Shown here: in pieces, positions 38,815-53,060 of the stretch
Layout of the letters: the number at the start of each line of letters is the position of its first letter
Numbering within the stretch: position 1 is the stretch's first letter
NCBI RefSeq assembly: GCF_001194135.2
Contig: NC_068985.1
Location: 92,536,375-92,600,374 of the forward strand
DNA from: Octopus bimaculoides
Lineage: Eukaryota
DNA: 64,000 nt
Direction of reading: 5' to 3'
The notes under the pieces: model-generated
What the model was told of the DNA's origin: nothing
The model's input: only the letters and a program-made list of their open reading frames with translations
The model's database searches: none
Position numbers and translations under genes: made by a program

Positions 38815-39120
38815 GATGCATGTGTGGTTGTGTGGTTAAGAAGCGTGCTTCCCAACCATCATAGTTTAAAGGTTCAGTCCCACTCCACAGTACCTTGGGC
38901 CAGTGTCTTCCATAACAGGCTTGGGCCAACCAAAGTCTTGTGAGTGGATTTAGTAGATGGAAACTGAATGAAGCTTGTCATATATGTAGATATATGTGTG
39001 TTTGTGTGTTTGTTTGTCCCCCCACCACCACCACCGTTTGACAGCCGGTCTTGGTGTGTTTACGTCCCTGTAACTTAGCAGTTTGGTGAAAGAGACTGAT
39101 AGAATAAGAGCCAGGCTTTA
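38815..39120 (+). mobile_element. Family A SINE truncated by the foldback element
   Basis: The consensus stops at GAATAAGAGCCAGGCTTTA. Confidence 0.8.
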
Positions 39121-39276
39121 AATGCAGGGCTATCCTCAGCTGCATAAATAAATAAATAGAAATTTTTTTTAATGAGTTCAACACATTTGTATAATTTTAC
39201 TTAAATCCTCTAATAGAGGATGTAAGTAAAAAAAAACCTATTTATTTATTTATGAAGCTGAGGATAGCCCTGCATT
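39121..39276. mobile_element. Foldback/MITE-like element with 39-bp inverted arms and an inner hairpin
   Basis: Arms 39121-39159 and 39238-39276 are 38/39 complementary; inner 15-bp arms at 39197-39229 are 14/15. Confidence 0.7.
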
Positions 39277-41393
39277 CAATTTGATGAAATGATTGCATTG
39301 TTCAATTAAATGGAGCTGCTTGAAACGGTCGTACTGCATCATCTGTAGATATCCTGTTGCTTATTTTGATTTTATTCACCTGATTTTGAAATTGTATNNN
39401 NNNNNNNNNNNNNNNNNNNNNNNNNNNNNNNNNNNNNNNNNNNNNNNNNNNNNATATATATATATATATAGATAGATAGATAGATAGATAGATATAGATA
39501 TAGATATATATAGATATGAATATAATATTCTTTTTTACTCTAGGCACAAGGCACAAAGTTTTTGAGGAGGGGGCCAGTCGATTAGATTGACTCCAGTATG
39601 CAACTGGTACTTAATTTATCGACTCTCAAAGGATGAAATGCAAAGTGGACCTCAGCGGAATTTGAACTCAGAATGTAAAGACAGACAAAATATCGTTAAG
39701 CATTTCTCCCGGCATCCTAACGTTTCTTCCAGCTCGCTGTCTTATTATATGAATATAATATCATATGAATATTACATGAATATAATACTGTGAATATATA
39801 TAAATATATGAATATGATATTGTGTGAGTGTTTTTGTCCTCTTCTTTCAAAACGGGTGGTGATTGTAAACAAGCACCATCATCATACAGGTATCAATGCA
39901 AAGTATCTCTACCCAAGTGGGAATATTACCATGTTTGGAAACAGAGAACAAGATGGGCTTCCAGTGATAAAAAAATCCACCTCAACAAATCCCTTTTAAT
40001 CCATGCAAACATAGAAAAGTGGACATCAAAATGACAATGATGAAGAGTCTTAAAGTTAAGCTTAAAGTATTAGGTGCGTTCTCTCTCATCAACACTTTTT
40101 TAAAAGAAAAAAAATTACAAAAGAAAATTTTTCTCAGTATTTTTGACATTTACAAATGTTAGTTTTCTTTTATTGAATTCTATGTTTATTTTAGTTTTTT
40201 CTGGTAATTTTCTTCATTATTGGTTGACATAATTTTGTTGAAGAACTAGAAATTCTATGTTGAAGTGGTTCTTTTCCCAAAGGAGCTCAATGATATAACT
40301 GTGCATAAAAGATGTTAATTTGATAAACCCAATAAGATCACAAATGAATTATTTGTTATTTTAAAATATTCTCATGTGATTCACTTTAAAAAAAAAGTTG
40401 TCGACCCTGAAGTCAGAAGGAAACAAAAAAAATAAAACTAGAAAAGAAATGAATACAATGACTATGTTAATTCAGTTGACTGTTAGTTTTAGCAACAGTG
40501 AGTCACTAACATTGCTGACATCTGTAAAGTTCACTGGAACTCTCTATGTGGTTTCTTAACCTATTTAGTAGCAATAACAGCCAAATGTTCCTCAAATGAC
40601 ATCCACCTGTCCAAAAGCAAAGGACACACAGGTAACTACCAGTTTGTCTCGTATCCTTTGGCTCCAAAGCCTTGACAGATTGACTGTTTCCCCAGACCAT
40701 CTGTCATGAAATAATTATTCATTAACCACCTCTAACCTACTAATTATAAGCTAATTGCTAATTATATCATACAACTTGAGTACAAAAATACTGAAGTCCA
40801 TTTATTCCAGCAGTTCTATTTTATCTTGGATCAATATGGATTGGTCTTTACCATTTGTGTCTGATGTTCTCAGTGTTCTGTCTGTTGTAATCAAAGCTAA
40901 GGGTACCTTTATGCTAAATAAATAGGGGATCTCTTAGAACATTGATCTCATCACAGGTAAGTACAATGCAAATAATACATGTGAACACATTTTTATACAA
41001 CGCTACCTATGGACATGCAGTGAACTTGACTAGCAGCCCTGGGGAATTTGAAGTTCCTCCTGGAATTGATTCGGGTTAAAAGAGGCACCAGAAATGCCAG
41101 AAAGTAGTGGTGTAGCTGTCTATAGACTCAGTCCTGTTCAATGAATGAGTGAATGAATGAAAGTGGGATTGTTATGACTAAAATATCTTAGGTTATAGGG
41201 AGCCAATTAGGAGTAACCTGGGGCTAAACTACAATAGTAATTGCAAATTCGATAGAAAGTTAAAAGTTTCAGAACAATCTTTTGACTGCCTTGAAGGAAG
41301 GATAAACATTCTTTGCTCCTCTTCTTATTCATTAGAACATCCATGGTGAGATAATCACTCAAATCTTTATTTATAAATATATATTTGTTGAGC

Positions 41394-41440
<47 letters not shown>

Positions 41441-44400
41441 ATAGCCATTGGAAAAATAAAATAAAGAAAGCGTAAAATGTGATCTTTCTTCAGTGAGCTA
41501 TGAAAATTAAGATTAATGACTGCAAAGACATTTGAGAGACTAGTTGTTTTACAGACTTATGTTAGACATGCCAACATAGAAAACACTCATTTCAAAGCAT
41601 AAGATTGATATTCAACCTAAGGTGCTATTATTATATTTTTTTTTAATAACTACAAGCCAAAAAGTCAATCATCATCATCACCATCATTTCCTCTTAACCT
41701 TCCATTGGCTGTATTAACCTGTATTAGTCAGGTGTAGAGAAGTATTTCTCTCGTCTGGAGCTAATTCATCTTTTTGTCAGTGTATTCATATGACTTAACA
41801 TTCTCAAATGGGAGTTAAATACCTTGCTCCATGCCAGCTAAGGCCAACTCTTCTCTTAACGGTTATAAATCACTTGTTTAAAACAAATTTCGACCGATCG
41901 CACATAATCTATGTTCATTATGTCCATAGTAACATAATTATATTTTAGTACCAGACAATCCATTTGATAGTGAGTGACGTTCAACCAAATTTCCATTGCA
42001 TGTCCATAAGATTATACTTAGCTTCCAACGTAGGTGTTCATACATCACCGTTTGGTAACCTCACACTTTTAACATTAATAACAATGAAAAAAGGGGACTA
42101 TCAAAATTGTTAGTGTCAGACAAAATGTCTTCTGGTATTTGTAGCTGCTCTTTATATTCTGAGTTCAAATCCTGTTGTGGTCAGTTTTGCTTTTCATCCA
42201 TTTGGGGGTCAATAAAATAAAGGTCCCAATCATGCACAAACGGACAACTTAGTTGACTGCTGCTTTGTGCCCACATGAAGAAATCTGTGTATCCACGAAA
42301 AGAATTGTCTTGGATCCTGGTAATCTATCCAACTCATATTAGTATGGCAAGTAACTGGCCAACTCCCTAATTGCAACCCCCTTCTCTATTATTAACCACT
42401 TTGTTCTCTCCTTCATACTAACCTCCCTTTTTGCCTGCCCTCTTGTTTCCCTTACTCTCACCCCAATTCTCTTCCCTCTGTTACTTTCCCACATTACCAT
42501 TCTCTCAAAACAGCAAATTTGTTTCATCCATCAAGGAGTCTTTTATTCATGTGACAAGCTGTAAGGCAACAGCAACAATACCGTTGCCATAAAAAGCCCC
42601 TGTTACACTCTGTAAGTGATTAGCAACTGATCCAAGTAGTAACACTATAGTTTGAGGGGTTTCTTTAGTCTTGCTGATGGCAAGGAAACCTCTGCTATGC
42701 TGGTGCCACAAAAAAGTGCACCAAATACACTCTGCAAAGTGGTTAGCACTAGGAAGGGCATTCATCTGTAGAAACCATGCCAAAAATGAAACATTTGAGT
42801 AAGACTTAGTTCCCTAACCCATTGAATCTTCTCAAACCATTCTATTCACGACCAGCATCGTAAACAGATCTGAAATGATGATTATGTTGATAATGTGATG
42901 TGTCAGCAGAGCGCTTCATTGATTAGAATATACTGCTGTCACATCAACACTATTTGTAACACCTAATTACATTGTCTTTACCAACAAACATACATTGACT
43001 CACAAGCACACATGCACCTGTACATTACCATTCCACACACACACACACACACACACACTTCTCTGTTTCTCTCTGTTTCTCTCCAAAAGTGAGCAAAAAA
43101 AAAACAAAAACAAAGGAAAAGCATAAAAGAACAATAACAGGAATAAAATTAATGCCAAACATTTTTTCCTGTCGTAACTGTAGGCCTAAAGGAGGAAATA
43201 ATAAAGAAACAATGTTCATTTTAAAGAATACATGACCACTGCTTCCCCAGCAGTCCAAAACTCTCTTATTTCCTTACTTAATGCGAAAGCATTTCCAAAG
43301 AATGTAATATAGCAAACGCTGTGTTATTTCACAAGACAAAGGTCAAATTTCCTTTGAGAAAAATTGCTGAAGAAGTATTTCTTCCCCAGTTTCTAATTTT
43401 AATAACATGGTAAATAACCTTCATATTATGAAATATCTCATTGTAACAGTAAATATTTATCTGCAGGGTGTCACTTCATGGAGCTTAGCAAGTAAATCTT
43501 TCGACATTTTGTTCAATAGGATGTATTTTACTTCCTGGCCCTTTAGCCTGTATATCAGGCTCAGATCTAAAGTAATTATTGCTCGCTCAATAACTACAGT
43601 TAAAAGTGTCTTAAATACAATCATTCTAAGAATTTTAATATCTGGAGAGGAGATTGCTCTGTGTATGATTATAGCCACCAGGTTTAAATGACAAATGGGG
43701 ACTTTTTTTTTCCTTCTTTCCCCTATCAATCTCTACACCAAGAGATATAATCTTGGAGCTCTTATGCATTCTCTTCTCTAATGTTAGTAGTTTATCTCCA
43801 CTACAAACCAGTCCAAAATAAACTAGAAAAAAACAATATATAAAGGGGTGGTGGGGTATGTCATAAATAGTTACTTTCAAAATCAAAGCCTTCTTTTTTT
43901 TTTCTCTGATTCACTTTTGCTTTAAACTCACTGCAAAAATAAAACCTCATTTGTCATTAATTTCATTAGTGTATCAGTTTGTAATTATCAGTGATAACAA
44001 GAGCTTAGTCCTAAAAATACATCTGTTGTTATAAACTGTGTCTGATACCATTTCTTTTCTATTTATTCATTACTTCACTTCTTGTTGCAGTTCTCTTGCT
44101 CTCTAATAGCAAATGTTTATCCATCTTGTTGGCTCGTTTATATATTTTGTATTCTTTATTGTATTTATTGGTTGTAGTTCATCTGATGTCAACATTTAAT
44201 AGCAAGGGTTCTGATTTTTATTTTGCTTTTATATTCTAATGTTTCTCTCTTTTTTTTTTTACATGCATATTGTAGTTTTTCTTTCATTTTTCTTCCTCTA
44301 TCTGATGATCATAGCTCATTTGTGTATTAACAAATACATTTCAACATTACACATCAATGTCCAATTATAATTCATCCTAATGCTAATATTAAGCACATCC

Positions 44401-45224
44401 TGATATGATCAGAAAGGGATTGGTTTTGGCATCAAGCTGTTTGTCTTTCCTTTACAATGGAGGAAAAAAAATTATAAATAACATCCGCAAACAGTAAGTA
44501 CAATAGTTCGTTGGCAATTGCTTTATTTGAGTAATGTTTTGACTTGAAATTCTAAGGAAATCTTGTTAAGTAATTAGATAAAGCTGTATTTTGTAATTTG
44601 TAAAATAAGTTTTCCTCTCATAAATACAGTTAAACACCATTTAACGCTTATTAATGATTCATTATTATAGAATTCCTTTAATTAAAATAGAATAAAATAA
44701 AGAATAACCTCATAAACTTATGGCATATCATAGAACAGAAATTTCATTATGTTTTCAGTAATGGTTTGGTGCTGAATAAATAAAGATAAGTGAGTTTAAA
44801 CCTTCTGTGATGATGGCACACTTTCAATGATTTTTAGCGATCAATCAGGGATGATACAAGTACTTGTTAAAAAAATGAAAATCCTTGAGTAATTTTAGCC
44901 GAAAATGTATGTACTTAATAATTATGCAAGTCTTTCTTTTGTTCAATATTTTGGTTGGTTAGGGAAGAGTATGTAAAACTGGTGCCATGCATAAAAAAAA
45001 TGTATGAAAAATTAGAATTTATTTTAAATTCCGAGTATTTTTTGCTGGTGCTTGTGCCACATAAGAAGCCCCCAGTATACTCTGTAAAATGGTTCTTGAC
45101 ATCTGGCATTAAAGAACATCTGGTTGAGTATCAAGGTTGGATGTTGATAGAAAGGGTCATCTTCCTTGATTGATGCTTTTACTTCAGTTAATTTGTTTTT
45201 AACATTGTATATTATTCAATCTAG

Positions 45225-45575
45225 AAAACACTCCATCAATTAACTGGGAAATTTAGAATTTGTTTCCCCCTTCAAGACGTTTGCAATTTATTTAATGAAT
45301 TTGAGGGCAAATTAAAAGAAGAAGCACACATAATGTTATATGAATGGTTCCAAATGTTTTGAAAGACCATGGTTCAATGTTGCTTAGCATGTTCATTAGT
45401 GCTTGACAGAATCAGATCTATGCAAAAGTGTGAAATTTTAGAAAAGACGGCACCAAGCATCGTATAGAAGCTCACTGATAACACACCTGATCACGCCTAT
45501 AAACTTGTCTTGAAAATTTTGCTCAAACAAGCTAACACTGAATTAATTCTTGAAGAAAATATCTTGCAGAGCTAA
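45225..45575 (+). pseudogene. Possible degenerate death-domain-like coding fragment
   Basis: A 117-codon frame after a TAG acceptor, with two internal stops: KTLHQLTGKFRICFPLQDVCNLFNEFEGKLKEEAHIMLYEWFQMF*KTMVQCCLACSLVLDRIRS... Confidence 0.25.
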
Positions 45576-46489
45576 TGTGACATGAATAAATAAATATGCT
45601 AAGGTTAATGATCACATTAAAAAAAAAAATTTTTGCAACTTATTCAACAAGCCCAGTCTTTTGCTTAAGGTCAGTGGCTCACAATTAAGTTTCATTTTAA
45701 TAAATTGCTTTAATTTTAAAACAAATTATTTTTGGCAATCTTCTTTTTAATAAATTGCTTCAGTTTAAGAACAAAAAAAATAAATAAATTTTTTTTCACC
45801 AACTACAAAATTTTTGGCAACCTCTTTTTTAATAAACTGCTTCGGTTCTGAAGTGAATTATTTTAGCTTTACAAAATACAACAGCAACAAAAAAAAAAAA
45901 GAGATCTGTTGGCATACTGAATGCTCATAATGTGACTGTCAGCGTTTAACTGTCAGCATTTTGTCTTGTCGGCATTTCTCTGTAGACATTTCGTCTGCAC
46001 ACATTATGATTCACACAAACACAGTCTGTTGTCATGCAACAATGCTTATCATAATTAGACGATTTTTCTATTGAATTTGGTTTGTTATTGATCCAAAAGA
46101 TATTTCCTAATCAGATCTAGAATAATTAATGCCCACTGTTGGTATGAGATCATAGCATTTTCTAGAAAACTCAACAATTGTTATTTAGCCCCAAGTCATT
46201 CCTAACCCATCACAGACCTACGGTTTGAACTCCTTATGATGTGGTCCATTGCTTAGCATCTTGACTTCATTGTCTTTTTGCCATAATCATTGTCTAGTAA
46301 AAAAAAAATTAGGCTGATGGGCTCAGGCATGGCCATGTGGTTAAGACATTTGCTTTCCAACTATTTAGCTTCCGGTTCAGTCCCACAACACAGCACAATA
46401 CTTTTGGCAAGTGTCTTCTGCTACAGCTCCAGGCTGTTGAAAACCTTGTGAGTAGATTTGGCTGAGAGAAACTGTGAGGAGGCCTGTGG

Positions 46490-46641
46490 CAGGCATAGAT
46501 GTGTGGCAAGAAGATTGTTTGCCAACCTCAAGGTTCCTGGTTCAGTCCCACTGTGTGGCACCTAGCCATGTGTATTCTACTATAGCTTCAGGCTATGTAA
46601 AACCTTGTGATTGAATTCGGTGGACAGAATCCGAAAGAAGC

Positions 46642-46692
<51 letters not shown>

Positions 46693-46965
46693 GTGTGTGT
46701 GTATTTATATATATATATACATGCAGACATGTGTGTGTGTATGTGAGTGACTTTATGTGCCTGGTTTTTCCCCCACCACTGCTTAACCAGTGTCAGTGTG
46801 TTTACATCCCCCATAACTTAGTGGTCAGCAAAAGTGACCGATAGAATAAATGCCAGCCCTAAGAAGAAAATAAGTGGTAGGGTCAGTTCATTCAACAGAA
46901 ATTCTTTCAAGGCACTGCCCCAGTATGGCCGCACTCAAATGACTGAAACAAGTAGGAGAATAAAA
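46490..46965 (+). mobile_element. Family A SINE (extra head at 46325-46480)
   Basis: Head, microsatellite and tail all present. Confidence 0.8.
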
Positions 46966-46974
46966 GAATATATA

Positions 46975-47153
46975 TCAGCCCCAGGACTTATTCTTTGTAA
47001 GCCTAGTACTTATTCTATCGGTCTCTTTTGCTGTACCATTAAGTTACGGGGATGTAAACACACCAGCATCGGTTGTCAAGCATTGCTGTAGGGAACAAAC
47101 ACACACACAAACATATACACACACAAACATATACACACACATACATACATCTA

Positions 47154-47191
<38 letters not shown>

Positions 47192-47340
47192 AGGCTTCTT
47201 TCAGTTTCCATTTACCAATTCCACTCACAAGGCTTTGGCTGGCCCAGGGCTATAGTAGAAGACACTTGCCCAAGATGTCACACAATGGGACTGAACCCAG
47301 AACCATGTGGTTGGTAAGCAAGCTACTTACCATCCACTCC
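46975..47340 (-). mobile_element. Family A SINE
   Basis: Reverse-complement match abutting the previous copy. Confidence 0.8.
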
Positions 47341-49171
47341 TGCACCTATAAAAAATGTAAGATTTTCTATACTTGGGACTTGAAACCACACCACTATATT
47401 TTCATGTCAAGTGTGCTACCATTACACCAGTGTACCCCCTATATATATATATATATATATATNNNNNNNNNNNNNNNNNNNNNNNNNNNNNNNNNNNNNN
47501 NNNNNNNNNNNNNNNNNNNNNNNNNNNNNNNNNNNNNNNNNNNNNNNNNNNNNNNNNNNNNNNNNNNNNNNNNNNNNNNNNNNNNNNNNNNNNNNNNNNN
47601 NNNNNNNNNNNNNNNNNNNNNNNNNNNNNNNNNNNNNNNNNNNNNNNNNNNNNNNNNNNNNNNNNNNNNNNNNNNNNNNNNNNNNNNNNNNNNNNNNNNN
47701 NNNNNNNNNNNNNNNNNNNNNNNNNNNNNNNNNNNNNNNNNNNNNNNNNNNNNNNNNNNNNNNNNNNNNNNNNNNNNNNNNNNNNNNNNNNNNNNNNNNN
47801 NNNNNNNNNNNNNNNNNNNNNNNNNNNNNNNNNNNNNNNNNNNNNNNNNNNNNNNNNNNNNNNNNNNNNNNNNNNNNNNNNNNNNNNNNNNNNNNNNNNN
47901 NNNNNNNNNNNAGCTAACATGGAAAAATGGACATAAAATGAAAGAAATAAAAAAGAAAATGAACTGAAGAATAAAAAAAAAAGGAATAAAGTAAAAATAA
48001 TAAACTAATATAATTTATATTCCCTGTGACTTAGATGAAAGAAATTTTTTAAACTTCATAGTCCTCCCATTATATTTTGAAATTTGTCCAAGCAAACCCA
48101 CCCTATGAAGTTTTTATTTGTTTATTCATTTATTTATTTATTAGGGTGGAAGTGGGGGGGGGGGCAATGGAACATTTATAGTATCATTTTCTGCTTCAAT
48201 TTTTCCAAACATTCAAGCATTTCGCTATCAATCCAATACAGTATTGTTCATGTATTTAATACACATTAAAGGGAGATTTACACTAATCTCTATATGCAAA
48301 GAAAAATATTGAACTTCCTTTCATTAAATATTTTCCAGATTTCTGCATTTAAGGTTTGCTTTAGGCTTATTTCTTTTACATATTTTTGTCAATAAAAAAG
48401 CAATTTCCTATTTTGAATCTTACATTATATGAAATAGATTTGACAAATCTGACAAACTGTATTATAACAGCAGTTTATAAAATGAAGTTGAAAAATCTTT
48501 AAAGCCATCTATTATCTTCTTTATTACAGCTTTGTCTCTTTGTACAAATGTAGGGCATAAATATCTTCATATTCTACTTGGGTATTATTTTCGTTTTTGT
48601 TTTACAATTTTCTACTTGTTTTAATGGATTTTCAGTCAATATATTGCACCAAGAGGAAATTAGTTTTCTCAAAGAGCAGAACAGCTTAAATATGGGTTAG
48701 TTTATAAAATCTCTTTAATATTATTATTGACCAAAAATATCTCTGTCCTTAGTTGTCAAATTCTTTACTTTCACTTACTGAAATTTCATTAGAATTCAAA
48801 TACAATATCTTCAATTTTCTTAAAGTGTTTCAATAGAATTTTTTTTTTCTTTTTGTCTTTTCTAAAATGATTCAGTCATCATTGAATTCTTTTTTTTTTT
48901 TCTTTATTTTCTTTTAAAGATTTTTCCAAATTTCAATTAGGCTTGATTGTGTGTTCATTTTGAAAACTGTGTGTTAAGTGAGAAAGAAATGACTTCCTCT
49001 CTAAAACAATTGATTTTGCTTTTCCCACAGTTTTTCTCATCATTCCGCTAACAAAGCAAAATATAAGTCAAAGATTAAACCTATTCATACCTATTTAACA
49101 ATTATTTAGTCTTTACACGGTATTACTATGCCATGAATACATTCAAATCTATATATGTGTATATATAATAG

Positions 49172-49311
49172 AAATTGGTGCTGAAACTCTCATATCTTGC
49201 CAGCTTATTGATGTTAAAGTAATTGATAAGCTGCAAGCCGTTATTGAAATAGTTAGCCATTTGGGAAAACCCTTTGAAATATTATCTACAGCCAATATCA
49301 GTTACCTGATG
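49172..49311 (+). CDS. Candidate internal exon of an unidentified gene
   Basis: AG/GT-bounded 140-nt open frame IGAETLISCQLIDVKVIDKLQAVIEIVSHLGKPFEILSTANISYLM in very AT-rich surroundings. Confidence 0.2.
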
Positions 49312-51249
49312 GTACAATAGATGAATAGTTCAACATCTTAGCTAGTATTCAGCAGAAAATTATGCAGTGATATGCTTATGTAAAAGGAGAGTTGAGAAAA
49401 TGTATTTTATTCAGGGAGAAAATTAGCTAGCTTCAGCTGGTTAGTTATCGATTCAAACACACTGTAGTAGAAAATACAACCAATGTCATATCAGATGTTT
49501 TAGATGATTAGGAAATTTCATAAACTAACATTTCAGGTTTTTTTTTTTTTCATAAGATAAGAAAAATGTAAAATTATGTAAATGTCCCCTTAGTCCATAA
49601 GAGGTTATTACGAGCTAATGCTTACCTCTGGTTTCATGTTATTATGCTAATCTATTACAGGCAACTTTCTTTGATAACTGGGTCCGTATTCTTGAAAGCC
49701 ATATGAACTGAAGTAATGTAGAAACTCAATTAAATACCAACAGTTGGATGTGCTTCCTCTTCTGAACTACTTTAAAGAGTGTATTGGGTGCAGTTCCTCA
49801 TGGAGTTAAGTCCTCACCAGGACAAGACTAAAACTACTTTCACCACTCCTCTAATGTCCACTTTGCAGTGTATACTGGGTGCAGTTTTCCTGGACCAGCA
49901 ATAGAGAGGTGGTCAAGTCCTTGGTGAGACAGGATTAAAGGAACATATCAACACTGCTTTTCTTCTGCTTGTTCAGTAGTCCCTGTAGTGGGTGTGCAAA
50001 AAGGGTTTTCACTGTGACATCAACATAGAAGTTGGGCAGTTGCTTTAATTTCTCATTGATCAAAGACGTTCCACTCCTGACTATCCCATCATATTGTGCA
50101 TCTATCATTACATAATCTATTTTTTATTTTTTATTTTTTAAAGACAGCGTTGAGTGATTTGAGGAAGATTTTGGCTGCTATTTCTAGTAGGTTGAGAAAG
50201 TGTATAGTGGCTCCTTTTCAATTCAAAGTAATGTCCTAGATAAAATGAAAGAGTTTATACATCTACAGTTTAGCTTTAAGTTAGAAAGAATGATTGTTAT
50301 GGTAGTTCCGGAAACATAACTTTACTCAACCATTAGCGATGTTTTGTAAAAATCATACAATATTTAGAATATATTTTAAGAGTTACAGCTTTATGTCGAA
50401 AATATTCTTTGGCGTTTGCGTGATCAATTTTTATAGCATTTTCATACAAATATATCTTTTCCAGAGAGGGAAAAAAAATTCTATTTTTGTTTTATGACAT
50501 GTCTTCAGCAAGATTTCATTGATGAACGTACATTTTTCATATATTTGATTGCTATTTTTTAAGTTAGTTTTCGTTAAAATTTATTTTTACCTACTACTTA
50601 TGACAAAAACAGAAATTAATAATAATAATAATAATAATAATAACAATAATAATAATAGTAATAAAACTAAAAGGCTAGAAAAGATGAAAAAAAAACATTG
50701 AAAATATATTTTCATTGTAGATTTTACTTTCCTTTTTATCTTTTATAAATTTTCTCTTTGTTTAGACATTTTTTTATTCACCCATAAAAATGTCAGATTT
50801 CTTTGAAAGTATTCATTACTGTCTATTGGAGCTGTATTTAGTAATTTGGAAGAGCCATTAACTCAAAAACAAGCAACCAGTATTCTTGTTGTGTCCAGGC
50901 TGTTATGCAGTTAGTCAATATTTTCCCTTGATAACGCCATATCGTTACATTCAGAGTTAAACTTGTATGGCTTAACATTCAGACTGAAGGAAATGTTTAT
51001 AAATGCTTTATACAACTACTATGCGAAATTTGTTTCTTGTATGATTATTATTCATTATACCAAATTTTATTTATATTTTATTTTTATGTCTATGATGGTT
51101 TCCTGTTTAAAAGAGTGCTTCTACCTGAATTTTTAGAATTTCTTCTCATTATTTTTTAATAGTTCTATATAAAGTCAGTTAAATATTCTGCAATTTATGT
51201 TCAAAGCACTTGTCAAAGTCAAAAACGACGGCAAGAATCATAATAAAAA

Positions 51250-51800
51250 TAATAATTCTTTCTAATTTTGGCTCAAGTGTAGGTGGTTAGTCATTTATAC
51301 TGACCCCTATACTTGACTGGAACTTTATTTTATCAACTCTGAAAGGATGAAAGGCAAAGTTGACCTGAGCAGGATTTGAACTCAGAACACAGAGTTGGAA
51401 GAAATGTCACAAGCATTTTGTCTGATCCAATAATGGTTCTGCCAGCATGCTGCTGATGCTGCTGGTGATGGTTGTTTCAATTTTTGGCACAAAGCCAGCA
51501 ATTTTGAAGGGAGGTGGTTAATTGATTATATTAACCCCTGTAGCTGATTGATAAAATGACGACAGGCTAAGAATTTGAACTTGGGATGTCAAGGGCTGGA
51601 ACACATAATCTTTTCTACTCTAGGGACAAGGCACGAAATTTTGGGGGAGGGTGCCAGTTGATTAGCTGAACTGCAGTACACAACTGGTACTTAATTTATC
51701 GACCCTGAAAGGATGAAAGGCAAAGTCGACCTAGGTAGCATTTGAACTCAGAACGGGATTTTGCCTGGCTTGCTAACGATTCTGCCAGCTCAACGCTTTA
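51250..51800 (-). mobile_element. Cluster of three family B copies or fragments
   Basis: The core motif recurs at ~51340, ~51575 and ~51710. Confidence 0.75.
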
Positions 51801-51815
51801 ATAATATTATTTATT

Positions 51816-51817
<2 letters not shown>

Positions 51818-51855
<38 letters not shown>

Positions 51856-51900
51856 GCATCGAAAAATACCTTCGGAATCAGAACCCAGGTTTAAAAAATC
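51818..51900 (+). mobile_element. Family C fragment truncated before the hammerhead
   Basis: (AAT)n followed by GCATCGAAAAATACCTTCGGAATCAGAACCCAGGTTT, matching 11881-11918. Confidence 0.65.
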
Positions 51901-52392
51901 TCGGTACTTGTTGGGTTATTTGTGTCATCAAACCCAAATGGAAGAAAAGCAGAGCTGATCTGAGTGATAAGCGCCATAACTAAATACATATTGTTACCTT
52001 ACCAGTTCTGTCAATTCCCGACTAATTTCTAACATAATCCAAAGTTTTTTAATTTAGCAAATGTCTATAATGAATTACATCAACATAAATGAGTCAGGAA
52101 GGATGAAAGTAGAGGTCAGTGTAATGAGATTTGTAAAGAACATAACCAAATACTGAGGGTTATTTTGTCTGGTTCTGAACCTACTCAACAGCCCATTGTT
52201 AATAATAATGACAGCAGAGAAAGTTGTATGGAAGTGTCCCTAACATTCAAGTCTTCTGAGGCATGTCTCATCTGGAGTGATATCTTACTTGGAAACAGGT
52301 GTAGTTTAGGGACAGGAAGGGAATCCAGCTGTAGAAAATATGCTTTGATAAATTCCAACCTGCTTTTGCAAGCATGGTAAAGTGGGCATTAA

Positions 52393-52576
52393 TTAAGCCA
52401 TTAGCAATTAAACTAGTCAGATCAAACCTCTCCTGCCCACCCTTCAATGTCGTTCTAAAAATATACAATCACATCGTTGAAATCTCAAATCTCTGAAATA
52501 AGGAATGATTAATTCAAAACAATGTGAATTGATAAACATTACATTTGACTGAGTAATTTGAACACCACAGAGTTAA
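52393..52576 (+). mobile_element. piggyBac-type MITE with internal deletion
   Basis: TTAA at both ends; core CCTCTCCTGCCCACCCTTCAATGTCGTTCTAAAAAT. Confidence 0.6.
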
Positions 52577-53060
52577 AAAGAGGCTAGCAGTGTTTAATTT
52601 GTCTGAGAATATTGGTTCACTCTGAACTGTAGCAATTCAGACGATGGTTCCAGTTGATTTTCACAAAAATGTGCAAATCAGCAAAAGAAAAAAAATCAAA
52701 TGTAAAATGAAATTTACTGTTATTTCACTAAAAACAATTGTGCGTAAACATGTTTTTTTTAAAAAAAATACTGTGCTAATCAACATAATTAGTCTAAAAG
52801 AATTATTTTTTAATCAGTAAGTTTTCCTAATGTCTGATGCAGTGCTTGAGAGAGTATGTCATATTTTAATTCATCATCTGTACATTATTGCCTCAAGTCC
52901 TTGGACTCATTGAATTGGTTACCCGATTTCCAAATAGGAAAAGTGAAAAAACTGGCAGCCCTCTGTTGGTTACCATGACGTGTTCTATTTGATGTGATCA
53001 ATGGAATGACCTACTCATGAAATTAACATGCAAGTAGTTGAGCACTCTATACTCTTGATG

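Noticed and set aside
40925-41080. Perfect CAG|GTAAGT donor with tiny flanking open segments
   Set aside because: The upstream frame is closed within about 10 codons and the next acceptor is weak.
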